Shown in pieces: positions 47,751 through 58,617 of a stretch of 64,000 nt of DNA. The notes beneath the pieces were generated by a model. The model was not told the origin of the DNA. It searched no databases and saw nothing but the letters and a program-made list of their open reading frames with translations. This DNA comes from Sumerlaeia bacterium (lineage in GTDB: Bacteria; Sumerlaeota; Sumerlaeia; SLMS01; JAHLLQ01). The first letter of the stretch is position 1, and every line of letters starts with the position of its first letter. The stretch is from the NCBI GenBank assembly GCA_040219255.1, contig JAVJSW010000069.1, forward strand, positions 1 through 64,000, read 5' to 3'. The translations under genes were made by a program, and so were the position numbers.

Positions 47751-48530
47751 TTACGCGGATCGCACGGCGATGGCTTGGCGGAGGACCGCGACTCGTCCAG
47801 GGAGGCTATTGAGAAGATTTCGAATGACAACAGCAAACAAACTGACAATGAGGAAAGCGAACAACGATCCTCCCAGCAATTCGTTATCTTGCAACAAATT
47901 CAGTAGAATGATGAGACCCACGTAAAGGCCAAGAAGCCCGATGGCAGCCACTACAAGAAAAGTACAGAGGGACTTTGCAATCGCCTCAACATGAATCGCC
48001 GAGTTTTCACTGACAGCTTCTCGAAAAACAACAAAACGATCAATCTCGGTTAGCAGGAGCGAGAAATAGACAAGCACAAACAAAGTCGCAAGCCCGAGAA
48101 GAAGGGCTGTGAGAGGGATCAAACCAGGCAGGAGATACCATCCCTCGCTCTCTGCGAGAAAAAAAACCACCACTGCCAAGAGAGAAAAACCAAGAGCGAG
48201 AAACGGCTGACAACAAAGCCAAAACATCCTGCAATAATAGAGGCCCAGAAAACCCGCCAAATCCATCGGCGCGGCGAGCAGCGATTCGATTAAGGACGGA
48301 TTGTATAATTTTATATGCTCGATGCGCAGCCGAAAAATGAACCATCCCACCGAGCCGAAGCTGTAGAGAAAGATGGAGAGAAGATCCAAAAACCAAGCAC
48401 CCGCCGTCAGCAGAAAAACATAGACCCCGGTCACCCCCAGACAAATCCCCCACACCACCCCATCCTGACTCCAACGCCAGCGCGCCAGGCCGATTTGGCG
48501 TGGGTCGGGGCCGTCGTAGGGCGGCGTCAT
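47751..48530 (-). CDS. Low-GC multi-pass membrane hypothetical protein, paralog of 46947..47732
   Basis: DGPDPRQIGLARWRW start; LIESLLAAPMD; ATGA overlap with engB. Confidence 0.7.
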   Translation of the reverse strand: MTPPYDGPDPRQIGLARWRWSQDGVVWGICLGVTGVYVFLLTAGAWFLDLLSIFLYSFGSVGWFIFRLRIEHIKLYNPSLIESLLAAPMDLAGFLGLYYCRMFWLCCQPFLALGFSLLAVVVFFLAESEGWYLLPGLIPLTALLLGLATLFVLVYFSLLLTEIDRFVVFREAVSENSAIHVEAIAKSLCTFLVVAAIGLLGLYVGLIILLNLLQDNELLGGSLFAFLIVSLFAVVIRNLLNSLPGRVAVLRQAIAVRSA

Positions 48531-49189
48531 GGCGCCTCGAGGATTTCCCCGTCCTCGCTCGTTTTCAGCGGCGTGGTGACTTCCCAGAGGATGTCCAGCA
48601 AAGCGTCGCGGCCTTCTTTGGTTTGGGCGCTGACGGGCCAGAGGTCGCCGGGTTTGACGCCGATGGCGTCGGCAATGGGGCGCAGACTCTTGGCGCGCTT
48701 GGTCTTGGGGATTTTATCGGATTTCGTGACGACGGGCAGGGTGGGCACTTCGTTTTCGGAGAACATTTCGATGACGTCCAGGTCCTGATCGCTCGGAATG
48801 CGGCGGATGTCGAAGAGGGCGAAGGCGGCGTCGAGGTCCGGATTGTCCTGCACATAGCCGGCGACCATGGGCTGCCAGGCTTCGCGTACGGAGGCGGGGG
48901 CTTTGGCGTAGCCGTAGCCGGGCAGGTCGACGAAATGGACGCGGCGGCGCTCCTCGCCACGGCGCAGTTGGACCTCGAAGATATTCAGGGCCTGCGTCCG
49001 TCCCGGTGTGTTGGAGGTCCGGGCGAGATCGCGCCGGTTCACCAGACAGTTGAGAAGAGACGACTTGCCGACATTGCTCCGTCCGGCGAAGCACACCTGG
49101 GGCAGGACCTCGAGTTCGCCGGGGCGCCACCGGGGCCAGGACAGCAGGAATTTCGAGGTGAGGACTTCGACTTTGGGGGGAGAACTCAT
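48527..49189 (-). CDS. engB: Ribosome biogenesis GTPase YihA/YsxC
   Basis: GRSNVGKSS, TPGRTQ, DLPGYGYA, TKSDK. Confidence 0.95.
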   Translation of the reverse strand: MSSPPKVEVLTSKFLLSWPRWRPGELEVLPQVCFAGRSNVGKSSLLNCLVNRRDLARTSNTPGRTQALNIFEVQLRRGEERRRVHFVDLPGYGYAKAPASVREAWQPMVAGYVQDNPDLDAAFALFDIRRIPSDQDLDVIEMFSENEVPTLPVVTKSDKIPKTKRAKSLRPIADAIGVKPGDLWPVSAQTKEGRDALLDILWEVTTPLKTSEDGEILEAP

Positions 49190-49212
49190 GGTGTTCCTTG
49201 AGGAAGTGCGGC

Positions 49213-49989
49213 TTACGCCGTGGGCATGGGGGCAGCGGCGCCGGTTTTGCGGGCCAGCGTCATCAGGCTCGTGCCCTGGGGCAGGTTCATGCGGCGCAGG
49301 AGCGACGCCTCGGTGTGCAGCAAGCCGATCATGGCGCGGTTGAGCGGACCCGGCAGCGGAATCAGGTGGGCTTTGGCCTGGCCGTTCTTGCGCGGCAGGA
49401 GGCGCTGCTTGGCGCGCTGCAGCATGCGGAAGGCGACGATGCCGGGGTGGACGAAGCTGATGCCGTAGCTGTATTTGATCGGTTGGAGGCCGCCGTCGGC
49501 GAGGAGTTGGAGAAGCGACTTATGCGAATAGCGGCGGAAGTGGTGGAGGGCGATGTCGTGGTCGCTCCAGAGGTACTGATGGGCTGGCACGGTAGCCATC
49601 AGGCAGCCGCCGGGCCGCAGGACGCGATTGAATTCGCGGATCAGCAGGTCGTCGCGCTCGACGTGCTCCATGAGGTCGAGCGCCAGGATGAGATCGAGCG
49701 ATTCATCGGCGAAGGGCAATTTGACCACGTCGCCGCGGACGAGATTTTCGGCGCCCTTGCTGGCGGAGAATTCGAGGGCGAGATGGCTGAAATCGAAGCC
49801 GATCGGGCGCCATTCCGCGATGGTGCGAAGCATCAGACCGGTGCCGCAGCCGACGTCGAGGACGCGCCCGGGGCGTGGCTTTTCCGGCAGGTACGTGTCC
49901 AGGATGGTCATGATCATTTTGAGCCGGCCCTGGAACCACCAGTAGGTGTCCTCAAGGTGGTACATCCGCTCGTATTCCTCGACGTTCAC
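49213..49989 (-). CDS. Class I SAM-dependent methyltransferase
   Basis: VLDVGCGTG, LPFAD, DLMEH, VLRPGG, HFRRY. Confidence 0.9.
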   Translation of the reverse strand: MNVEEYERMYHLEDTYWWFQGRLKMIMTILDTYLPEKPRPGRVLDVGCGTGLMLRTIAEWRPIGFDFSHLALEFSASKGAENLVRGDVVKLPFADESLDLILALDLMEHVERDDLLIREFNRVLRPGGCLMATVPAHQYLWSDHDIALHHFRRYSHKSLLQLLADGGLQPIKYSYGISFVHPGIVAFRMLQRAKQRLLPRKNGQAKAHLIPLPGPLNRAMIGLLHTEASLLRRMNLPQGTSLMTLARKTGAAAPMPTA

Positions 49990-50128
49990 TGCGCAGCCTC
50001 GCCTCCCGGGTGGTTCTCTAAGGGGAAAGGTTTGTCCGCCAAGGAGGCGCGGTCGTCAAGCGGGAGACGAGGCTTGCGCTCGGGTGGCTGGCGTTGTCAT
50101 AGAGACGGGATTCTTCGAAAGGATGAAA

Positions 50129-50330
50129 AACCACAGAGGGCACAGAGGACAGCGGAACCACGGTGAGGGTGATTGGCGAAAGCCGGCACGAGTGGATTCT
50201 AGAGTATCGAATTATTGGAAATTTGAAGTTCAACCAGGCTTCTCCGGCTGGATTACAGGGGCTCCTTCACCCGAGCCGCCCCCTTCCCCCCTCCTCTGTG
50301 AAACCTCCAACCTCTGTGTTTTCTGTGGTT
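50129..50330. repeat. Periodic-arm inverted-repeat element
   Basis: AACCACAGAGGGCACAGAGG (50129-48) versus CCTCTGTGTTTTCTGTGGTT (50311-30), 17/20 complementary. Confidence 0.75.
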
Positions 50331-50346
50331 AACCGCTCCCCCGCCC

Positions 50347-51291
50347 ATGACGTCTGTCCTCAAGCCCCCCCATCTCGCCCCTGGCGACACGATCGCCCTT
50401 CTCTCGCCCGCCGGACCGAAGCCGGAGGTGGTGGATCGATGCGCGACGGTTCTTGAGAAGGAGTGGGGGGTGACGGTGCGTGTCGGAAGGCATGCCCGTG
50501 AATTCCACGATTACCTGGCAGGGACGGACGAGCAGCGTCTCGCGGATTTCAACGCGGCGCTGCGCGATCCGGCGGTTCGCGGCATCGTTTGCGTGCGCGG
50601 TGGCTATGGGTCCAGCCGGTTGCTGCGCGGGATCGATTGGGAGGCGTTGCGCCGCGATCCAAAACCGTTCGCCGGGTTCAGCGATCTGACGAGTGTCCAC
50701 GGCGCGATCCAAACTCAATGCGGTCAGACATCGCTGCACAGCAACACGATCGCCATGTCGTTCGTGCAGAATCCGCCCGCCGAGACCGCGCGGTGCCGCG
50801 AAGACATGCGCCGGGCTCTGTTCACAAGCGAACCGGCGGGGGAACTGGTGTCCGCTACGGAAAGCTGGAAGATTGTGGGGGGGCGGGCGAAGGGCCAGCT
50901 GGTGGGCGGAAACCTGGTGGTCTTCGGCCGGTTGCTGGCGACGCCCTATATGCCCTCGCCCGAGGGGAAGATCGTGTTCCTGGAGGACGTCGGCGAGGAA
51001 GGCTACCGCGTCGATGGAGCCTTGTCTCAGTTGAAGCTATCAGGTTGGCTGGAGCGAACGAAGGGGGTTTTGCTGGGCCAGTTCACGGACAGCGATCCGA
51101 CGGAGCCGGGCCGCCTGCCGGTGTCGGCGGCGCTCGAGCGCTGCCTCGGCGGCCTCAAGCTCCCCGTTCTGGGCAATCTGCCGGTGGGGCATATTCCCAA
51201 TGGAGTCAGCCTTCCGCTGGGTTGCGAAGTGGAACTGGACGCGGACGCGGGGGTGGCGTTGGCGCTGGAGGCGCCGTTCACTCAGCGCTGA
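50347..51291 (+). CDS. ldcA: LD-carboxypeptidase (peptidase S66)
   Basis: RGGYG, GFSD (Ser), GGNL, LEDVGE (Glu), PVGH (His). Confidence 0.88.
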   Translation: MTSVLKPPHLAPGDTIALLSPAGPKPEVVDRCATVLEKEWGVTVRVGRHAREFHDYLAGTDEQRLADFNAALRDPAVRGIVCVRGGYGSSRLLRGIDWEALRRDPKPFAGFSDLTSVHGAIQTQCGQTSLHSNTIAMSFVQNPPAETARCREDMRRALFTSEPAGELVSATESWKIVGGRAKGQLVGGNLVVFGRLLATPYMPSPEGKIVFLEDVGEEGYRVDGALSQLKLSGWLERTKGVLLGQFTDSDPTEPGRLPVSAALERCLGGLKLPVLGNLPVGHIPNGVSLPLGCEVELDADAGVALALEAPFTQR

Positions 51292-51848
51292 ATCTCGAGG
51301 GGACCCTCGATGGCGTCGAGGTCGAGGGACGTGCCGCTGATGGCTCGCTCGACGGGAACCCGCATCAGCAGTTCCATGGGCGGATAGTTGAAGATGAGCG
51401 GCATTCCGGCCAACTGGCGCCCCGGCACGCGGACCGTGACGAAGTCCTTGGCGCCCGGTTCGAGGGAGCGGATCTGAAAGCCGCTGAGGTCGTCGCGGCG
51501 GTCGCTGAAGGCATAGGTGCCGCGGTTGGACTCGAGCAGCCGGAATTGTTCGGGTCCGACGATCAGGGTCTCCTGGCTGCGATTGACCAGGGAGATCACG
51601 AGCAGGGGCCCTTGGGCGGCGGCGCGGATGCCGATGCCCTTGGTGTACTGGCGGGGTTCATTGAAGCCGGCGATGGCTTGCCCGTTGGCGGTCGATGGCA
51701 GGTTGGCGGGTCGGGCGGGCTTGTCCTTCAGATCGGCCGAGGCCGAGTCGCCTTTTCCCCCGCAACCGGCGGAGAGGAATGCCGCGGATGCCAGAGCGAT
51801 AACGGAGACTGCGATACAAAGCCGCGATGCGGACCGATGGGAGCTCAT
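51282..51848 (-). CDS. Putative lipoprotein
   Basis: Lipobox LSAGC after a hydrophobic stretch; beta-rich domain; overlaps the kinase stop. Confidence 0.7.
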   Translation of the reverse strand: MSSHRSASRLCIAVSVIALASAAFLSAGCGGKGDSASADLKDKPARPANLPSTANGQAIAGFNEPRQYTKGIGIRAAAQGPLLVISLVNRSQETLIVGPEQFRLLESNRGTYAFSDRRDDLSGFQIRSLEPGAKDFVTVRVPGRQLAGMPLIFNYPPMELLMRVPVERAISGTSLDLDAIEGPLEIQR

Positions 51849-53299
51849 TCGCCCTCCTCTTCGAAGGAGGGGGGCATCTCTGGGCTTTCGGGGGCTGATT
51901 CGTCCGGGCCGAGTTCTTCCTGGCGTTTGCGTTCCTGGAGGATTTCGCGCATCGTTTCATCGCGCTGTTCGGTGATCGAAGGGACCGGTCCGCCCGATGG
52001 GGAGGGCGAGGGGCTCGAGGTCTTGTTCATCTGCCAGACCAGGACCACGATGGCCAGCAGCAGCACGACGGCGAGGGAAGCCATGAGGGTCGCGAGGCGT
52101 TTGAGCTTGGCGGCCTGGGGATCGGAGTCGGTGGTCTTGGAGCCGGACCCCTTCGTGGACTTGGCGTTGGGCGAGGTTGCGGAAGGCTTCTTGACGGAGC
52201 TGCTCGAACCGGACGTGTGATCGCTCTTCGCGGAGCCGGTGTTGGGGGCCTTGTCGCGCGGTTTCTTCTCGGGTTTTTTCTCCGGCTTCTTGTCCCTGGC
52301 GTGGGCTTTGCCGTGGGGGGTGTCTTTGTCGGCGGCGGGCTTGGGGCCGCTGCGAAAGTCGTCGCCACTGTAGAGGACGCTGCCGCCGGACTTGGCGCCG
52401 CGATAGCTGAGGACGGAGGTGATGCTGACGCTTTGTTCTTTCAGGGCCTTGAGCAATTCGTCGCAGAACTCGCGGACCGTCTGGTAGCGGTCGTCGCGGT
52501 CGGGGCACATGGCGCGGAAAATGACTTCGTCGACGGCCACGGGGACGCTGTGATTGGCTTCCGAGGGCGAGGGGAAGGCACCGACCGGCAGTTGGCGGCA
52601 GAACATCTTGTAGAACGCCACGGCGAGGGAGTAGATATCGGCGCGGTGATCGACGCTGGCGGGATCGGCGGTCTGCTCCGGCGCCATGTAGTTGGCGGTG
52701 CCGACGGCGCGCTGGGGCTGGCTGACGTGGGCGGCCTCGCCTTCGTCGCCGCCGACGATGTGGGCGATGCCGAAGTCCCCGATCTTGACCCGCCTTTCCT
52801 TGTCCATCAGGATGTTGGAGGGCTTGATGTCGCGGTGGACGACACCGCGCTTGTGGACGTAGTCGAGGGCCTCGCGGCAGGCCTCGATGACGTTGCGCCA
52901 GTCCTGGAACGTCAGGTCGTTGTCGATGATGAGCTGGTCGAGGGTGCGGCCTTCGACGTGCTCCATGATGAAGAAGTAGCGTCCGGTGTCGCTTCCCTTG
53001 TCGATGATGTTGACGATGTTGGGGTGCTGGAGGGAGGCGAGCGCGCCCGCCTCGGCGTCGAAACGGCTGACGAATTCTTTGCTGCGGGAGAAGCGGGGGT
53101 GGAGGACTTTGACGGCGACCTGGCGGTTGAGGCTTTTCTGCAGGGCCTTGTAAACGGTGGCCATGCCGCCTTCGCCGATGGGCTCGGAGATCACGAAGTT
53201 CCCGGCGAGCGTCTCGCCCTCGCGCACGAAACCATTCTGGCCCGAGGAGGTCGCAACATCACCGCTGCTTCGTTGATTTGGGTCCGACATGGTTTCCAT
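51845..53299 (-). CDS. Membrane-anchored Hanks-type Ser/Thr protein kinase
   Basis: GEGGMATVY, VAVK, HRDIKPSN, DFG, YMAPE; one TM near the C-terminus. Confidence 0.93.
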   Translation of the reverse strand: METMSDPNQRSSGDVATSSGQNGFVREGETLAGNFVISEPIGEGGMATVYKALQKSLNRQVAVKVLHPRFSRSKEFVSRFDAEAGALASLQHPNIVNIIDKGSDTGRYFFIMEHVEGRTLDQLIIDNDLTFQDWRNVIEACREALDYVHKRGVVHRDIKPSNILMDKERRVKIGDFGIAHIVGGDEGEAAHVSQPQRAVGTANYMAPEQTADPASVDHRADIYSLAVAFYKMFCRQLPVGAFPSPSEANHSVPVAVDEVIFRAMCPDRDDRYQTVREFCDELLKALKEQSVSITSVLSYRGAKSGGSVLYSGDDFRSGPKPAADKDTPHGKAHARDKKPEKKPEKKPRDKAPNTGSAKSDHTSGSSSSVKKPSATSPNAKSTKGSGSKTTDSDPQAAKLKRLATLMASLAVVLLLAIVVLVWQMNKTSSPSPSPSGGPVPSITEQRDETMREILQERKRQEELGPDESAPESPEMPPSFEEEGE

Positions 53300-53462
53300 C
53301 CGCTAGGTTATTCGGCGCCCAGGGTTAAGGGGATGGGTCGCGCGAGCCTCTACCAACCGGGCAGCGGCATTATTCTATCGCCTTAGGGCTATCTCTCCGC
53401 AATCAGGGCAGGCAACCGGAATTTCCCTTCGTCGGAACGATGATTTTTCCAGTGTCGCGAAA

Positions 53463-55115
53463 TCAGGGCCGTCCGGCTTCCCGGTCCCGTTCCACCCGTC
53501 TCAATAATTCGGCCGCGCGTTCGCTTTCCGGCTCCACCTCGATCCACGCTTGCAGGACAATCTGCGCCTCCTCGAAGTTCCCCCGCGAGGCCAGGAAGAG
53601 TGCCCGCTCGCGCAGGAGGGGCACGAAATCCGCCGGCAGCAGGGCCGCCGCCCGGGCGAAGGCCGCTTCCGCTTCCGCGGGGCGTCCGGCTCCGCGGGCG
53701 ATCTGGCCGTGGGCCAGGTGCCCTTCGCCGAAGCTGGGCCAAAGCTCCACCGAACGGCGGATCGCTTCAAGGGCCAATGTCACATCGCCGCTCTCTTGGT
53801 ACAAGGCCGCCCGATTCTTCCAGGCGAAGGCGTGATTGGGTTCCCGCTGGACTTCGGCGGTCCAAAGCTCCTCCGGTCCTTTCCAATCGGGGGCCCGAGC
53901 CGCAACGAGAAAGCCCCCCCACAGCGCCAGGAGCGTGGCATAGGAGCATATGCTCCACTTAAAGCGCCGGTCGCCAACCCAAATCGAGGCACCGGCAAGC
54001 ACCATCGAGAAGCAAATGAGCGAGAGGAAGACGAAGCGCCCGGCCCAGATCGCCCCCATCGGCAAGACGCCCGCGTAGGGACCGAGAAACAGCGCCATGC
54101 CGACCGCCCCTGTGGCGGTCAATCCCGCCGCGCGGTTTCCCCGCTTCGCCCAAGACCGGAATGCCGAGCCGGCGACAGCGGCCCAGACGATCAACGCCAG
54201 CACCCCGGCGAACGGCCACAGGCCGGCCTCTGAACCGGGTTGCTTGAGGAACGAATAGTCGGTCTGGGGCGCGGAAACCGGAAAAACGATTCCGGCCGCG
54301 TAGCGGCCCGCCAGTTCGAAGAAAGAAACACTCCGCTCGCCGCCCACAAACCTGGATCCGGCGGCTCCGGCGGGGGCTTGCCATGCGCCCAAGACCAAGA
54401 CCTGCAAGGCAAACCGCGAAGCGAGAAGGACAACCGAGGCCGCCGCGACCGCGGCCACTTCGCGCCAGGACGGCTTGTCCTCGCGAAGCATGACCGCGAC
54501 CGGCAGGAAGAAGACCGCCGGAAAGGTGGATTCCTTGCAGAGGAAGGCCGCGAACAAGAACGGCGCGGCGAGCCAGCGAAGCCTCGGCCGCCGCGCCAGC
54601 AAACTCCGGACGGCGCCCAGGAGGAAGACCGCCGCCAGTAAGTCCGCCTGACCCACAAACGGAAGGACCACATCCGCCGACAATCCATGCACGACTGGCA
54701 GAATCGCGATGGCTGCCAGCGGCCATCGCGGAGCCGCCTGAGGGGCGGCGCGATGGAAAATCGAGGCCAGCGCCAGGCAGACGAGCCCGGCAAGGACGCC
54801 GGTAACGGCCCAGGCGCCGAGGCCGGTGCGCTCTAAAGAACCCAGTTGCGCCCACAGGATCTTGGGTATGGGACGCCACAGGGAATCTTCCGCTTGCGAT
54901 TGCCAGTGTGGAAGCGCTGCGATTCGCCACAACGGCAATCCGCTGTTTTGCTGACCGTAGACTCCCAGATGCACCGCGTCGTCCAGCGGCAGTTCCCGGC
55001 CCGCGGCCGGCCACGAAACCCAGAGAACGAGCGCCGCGCCCACCAGGCCACACGCCAAGGGCATGACCCACGAGGGCGGATGTCGCGGTTCAGCGGGCGG
55101 GTTCTCTGGCGGCAC
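53463..55115 (-). CDS. TMTC-like membrane protein with C-terminal TPRs (divergent)
   Basis: LPLDD, WRPI, LCKE, GRFVF, W..PEELW, then TPRs. Confidence 0.7.
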   Translation of the reverse strand: MPPENPPAEPRHPPSWVMPLACGLVGAALVLWVSWPAAGRELPLDDAVHLGVYGQQNSGLPLWRIAALPHWQSQAEDSLWRPIPKILWAQLGSLERTGLGAWAVTGVLAGLVCLALASIFHRAAPQAAPRWPLAAIAILPVVHGLSADVVLPFVGQADLLAAVFLLGAVRSLLARRPRLRWLAAPFLFAAFLCKESTFPAVFFLPVAVMLREDKPSWREVAAVAAASVVLLASRFALQVLVLGAWQAPAGAAGSRFVGGERSVSFFELAGRYAAGIVFPVSAPQTDYSFLKQPGSEAGLWPFAGVLALIVWAAVAGSAFRSWAKRGNRAAGLTATGAVGMALFLGPYAGVLPMGAIWAGRFVFLSLICFSMVLAGASIWVGDRRFKWSICSYATLLALWGGFLVAARAPDWKGPEELWTAEVQREPNHAFAWKNRAALYQESGDVTLALEAIRRSVELWPSFGEGHLAHGQIARGAGRPAEAEAAFARAAALLPADFVPLLRERALFLASRGNFEEAQIVLQAWIEVEPESERAAELLRRVERDREAGRP

Positions 55116-55209
55116 GAGGGCTTTTTTGGTTGAAGGTGTTGAGGTTCAAGGACCGACTGGTGCTCCCCAGTCATGGGTCCTAACGAAGACGATTTCCGGG
55201 TCCCGCGCA

Positions 55210-56211
55210 ATGAAAGACCGCCACCTGATCGAAGCCCTCCGCGAATTCGCCACGTTCCTGCGCGTCGAGCGCAACCTGGCGCCCAAGACGCGGGAAGCGT
55301 ACGCCTACGACCTGGCGCGCTTCTGCGATTTCCTCGTGGCCGCCCGAGAGAACCGGACGCCCCTCCGCGCCACTGCGGACGATCGCCGGCAAGCCGAAGC
55401 GGAGCAGGCACGCCTGGAAGCGGAGCGCCCGAAGCTCAAGCTGTCCGACGCCACCACCGGCCGCATTCAGGACTACCTCGCCCATCTGCACGACGATCTG
55501 GGCTACAAGGCGGCGACGCTCGGGCGCACGGTTTCCAGTATCCGGGGCCTGATGGACTGGTGCGTCGAGGCGGGATGGCTCGACCGCAGCCCGGCGCGCG
55601 ACATCCACCCGCCGAAGATGCCGAAGAAACTGCCGATCTACCTGATCGAGGACGAAATCCGTCGGCTCCTCAACGCCCCCGATCCCACGACCTACATCGG
55701 CCGGCGCGACCAGACGATCCTGCTGACGCTGGCCTACACGGGATTGCGGCTCCAGGAGTTGGTGGGGCTCAATACGCTGGACGCGGATTTCTCGCGGGAC
55801 ACGCTGCGGGTCATGGGCAAGGGTTCGAAGGAGCGCCTCGTACCGATGAACGCCGTCGTGCGCGACGCGCTGGCGGCGCATCTGGCGGACACCGAGCGCC
55901 AGCCCGTCCACGGCGAGCGGGCGATTTTCCTGAACACCCGCGGCAGCCGCCTGACGGGCCGCGCCGTGCAGTACATGGTGGACAAGTACGTGGAACTGGC
56001 GGGCATCGAGAAGGAACGCGTCTCGCCCCACAAACTCCGCCACAGCTTCGCCACGCTGCTCCACAGCAAAGACGTGGACCTGGTGGACATCCAGGCGCTG
56101 ATGGGCCACGCCTCGCTGGCCAGCACGCAAATCTACACCCACACGAACGCCGGGCGGCTGCAGAGCGCGGTGGATCGGCTGAACGGGCTGATGGGGGGCT
56201 CGGGTGAGTAA
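55210..56211 (+). CDS. XerC/XerD-family tyrosine recombinase
   Basis: TGLR, GKGSKER, PHKLRHSFAT, LMGH, TQIYTH catalytic set; start MKDRH. Confidence 0.93.
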   Translation: MKDRHLIEALREFATFLRVERNLAPKTREAYAYDLARFCDFLVAARENRTPLRATADDRRQAEAEQARLEAERPKLKLSDATTGRIQDYLAHLHDDLGYKAATLGRTVSSIRGLMDWCVEAGWLDRSPARDIHPPKMPKKLPIYLIEDEIRRLLNAPDPTTYIGRRDQTILLTLAYTGLRLQELVGLNTLDADFSRDTLRVMGKGSKERLVPMNAVVRDALAAHLADTERQPVHGERAIFLNTRGSRLTGRAVQYMVDKYVELAGIEKERVSPHKLRHSFATLLHSKDVDLVDIQALMGHASLASTQIYTHTNAGRLQSAVDRLNGLMGGSGE

Positions 56212-56217
56212 GGGCGC

Positions 56218-56252
56218 AAAAACGCCCGAGCCGCGAGCAAGCGGCCCGGGCG
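56218..56252 (-). terminator. Intrinsic terminator after argZ
   Basis: CGCCCGGGCCGC/GCGGCTCGGGCG stem followed by TTTTT on the minus strand. Confidence 0.7.
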
Positions 56253-56280
56253 GACGAGTCTCTCGGTGCGGGAACGGGAT

Positions 56281-58440
<2,160 letters not shown>

Positions 58441-58475
58441 GGTCTCTCAACAGTCTCCGGGGTAAATTCGAAAAA

Positions 58476-58612
58476 TCACCGCAGAGGCGCTGAGGACGCT
58501 GAGTTTGTATTATGGGAAGTGCCTTGAGTAAGTCCAGGCTCTCCCAATTCGAATCGGTGGCCACTCCACCCTTTTCGAATGAGTCTCTGCGTTCTCCGCG
58601 CCTCAGCGGTGA
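58476..58612. repeat. Periodic-arm inverted-repeat element inside the put-argZ cluster
   Basis: TCACCGCAGAGGCGCTGAGGACGCTGAG (58476-503) versus 58585-612, 24/28 complementary. Confidence 0.85.
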
Positions 58613-58617
58613 ATTCT

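Noticed and set aside
55210-56211. Tyrosine recombinase as integrase of a genomic island or integron
   Set aside because: Size and motifs fit chromosomal XerC/D; no adjacent tRNA, att repeats, attC sites or GC shift seen.
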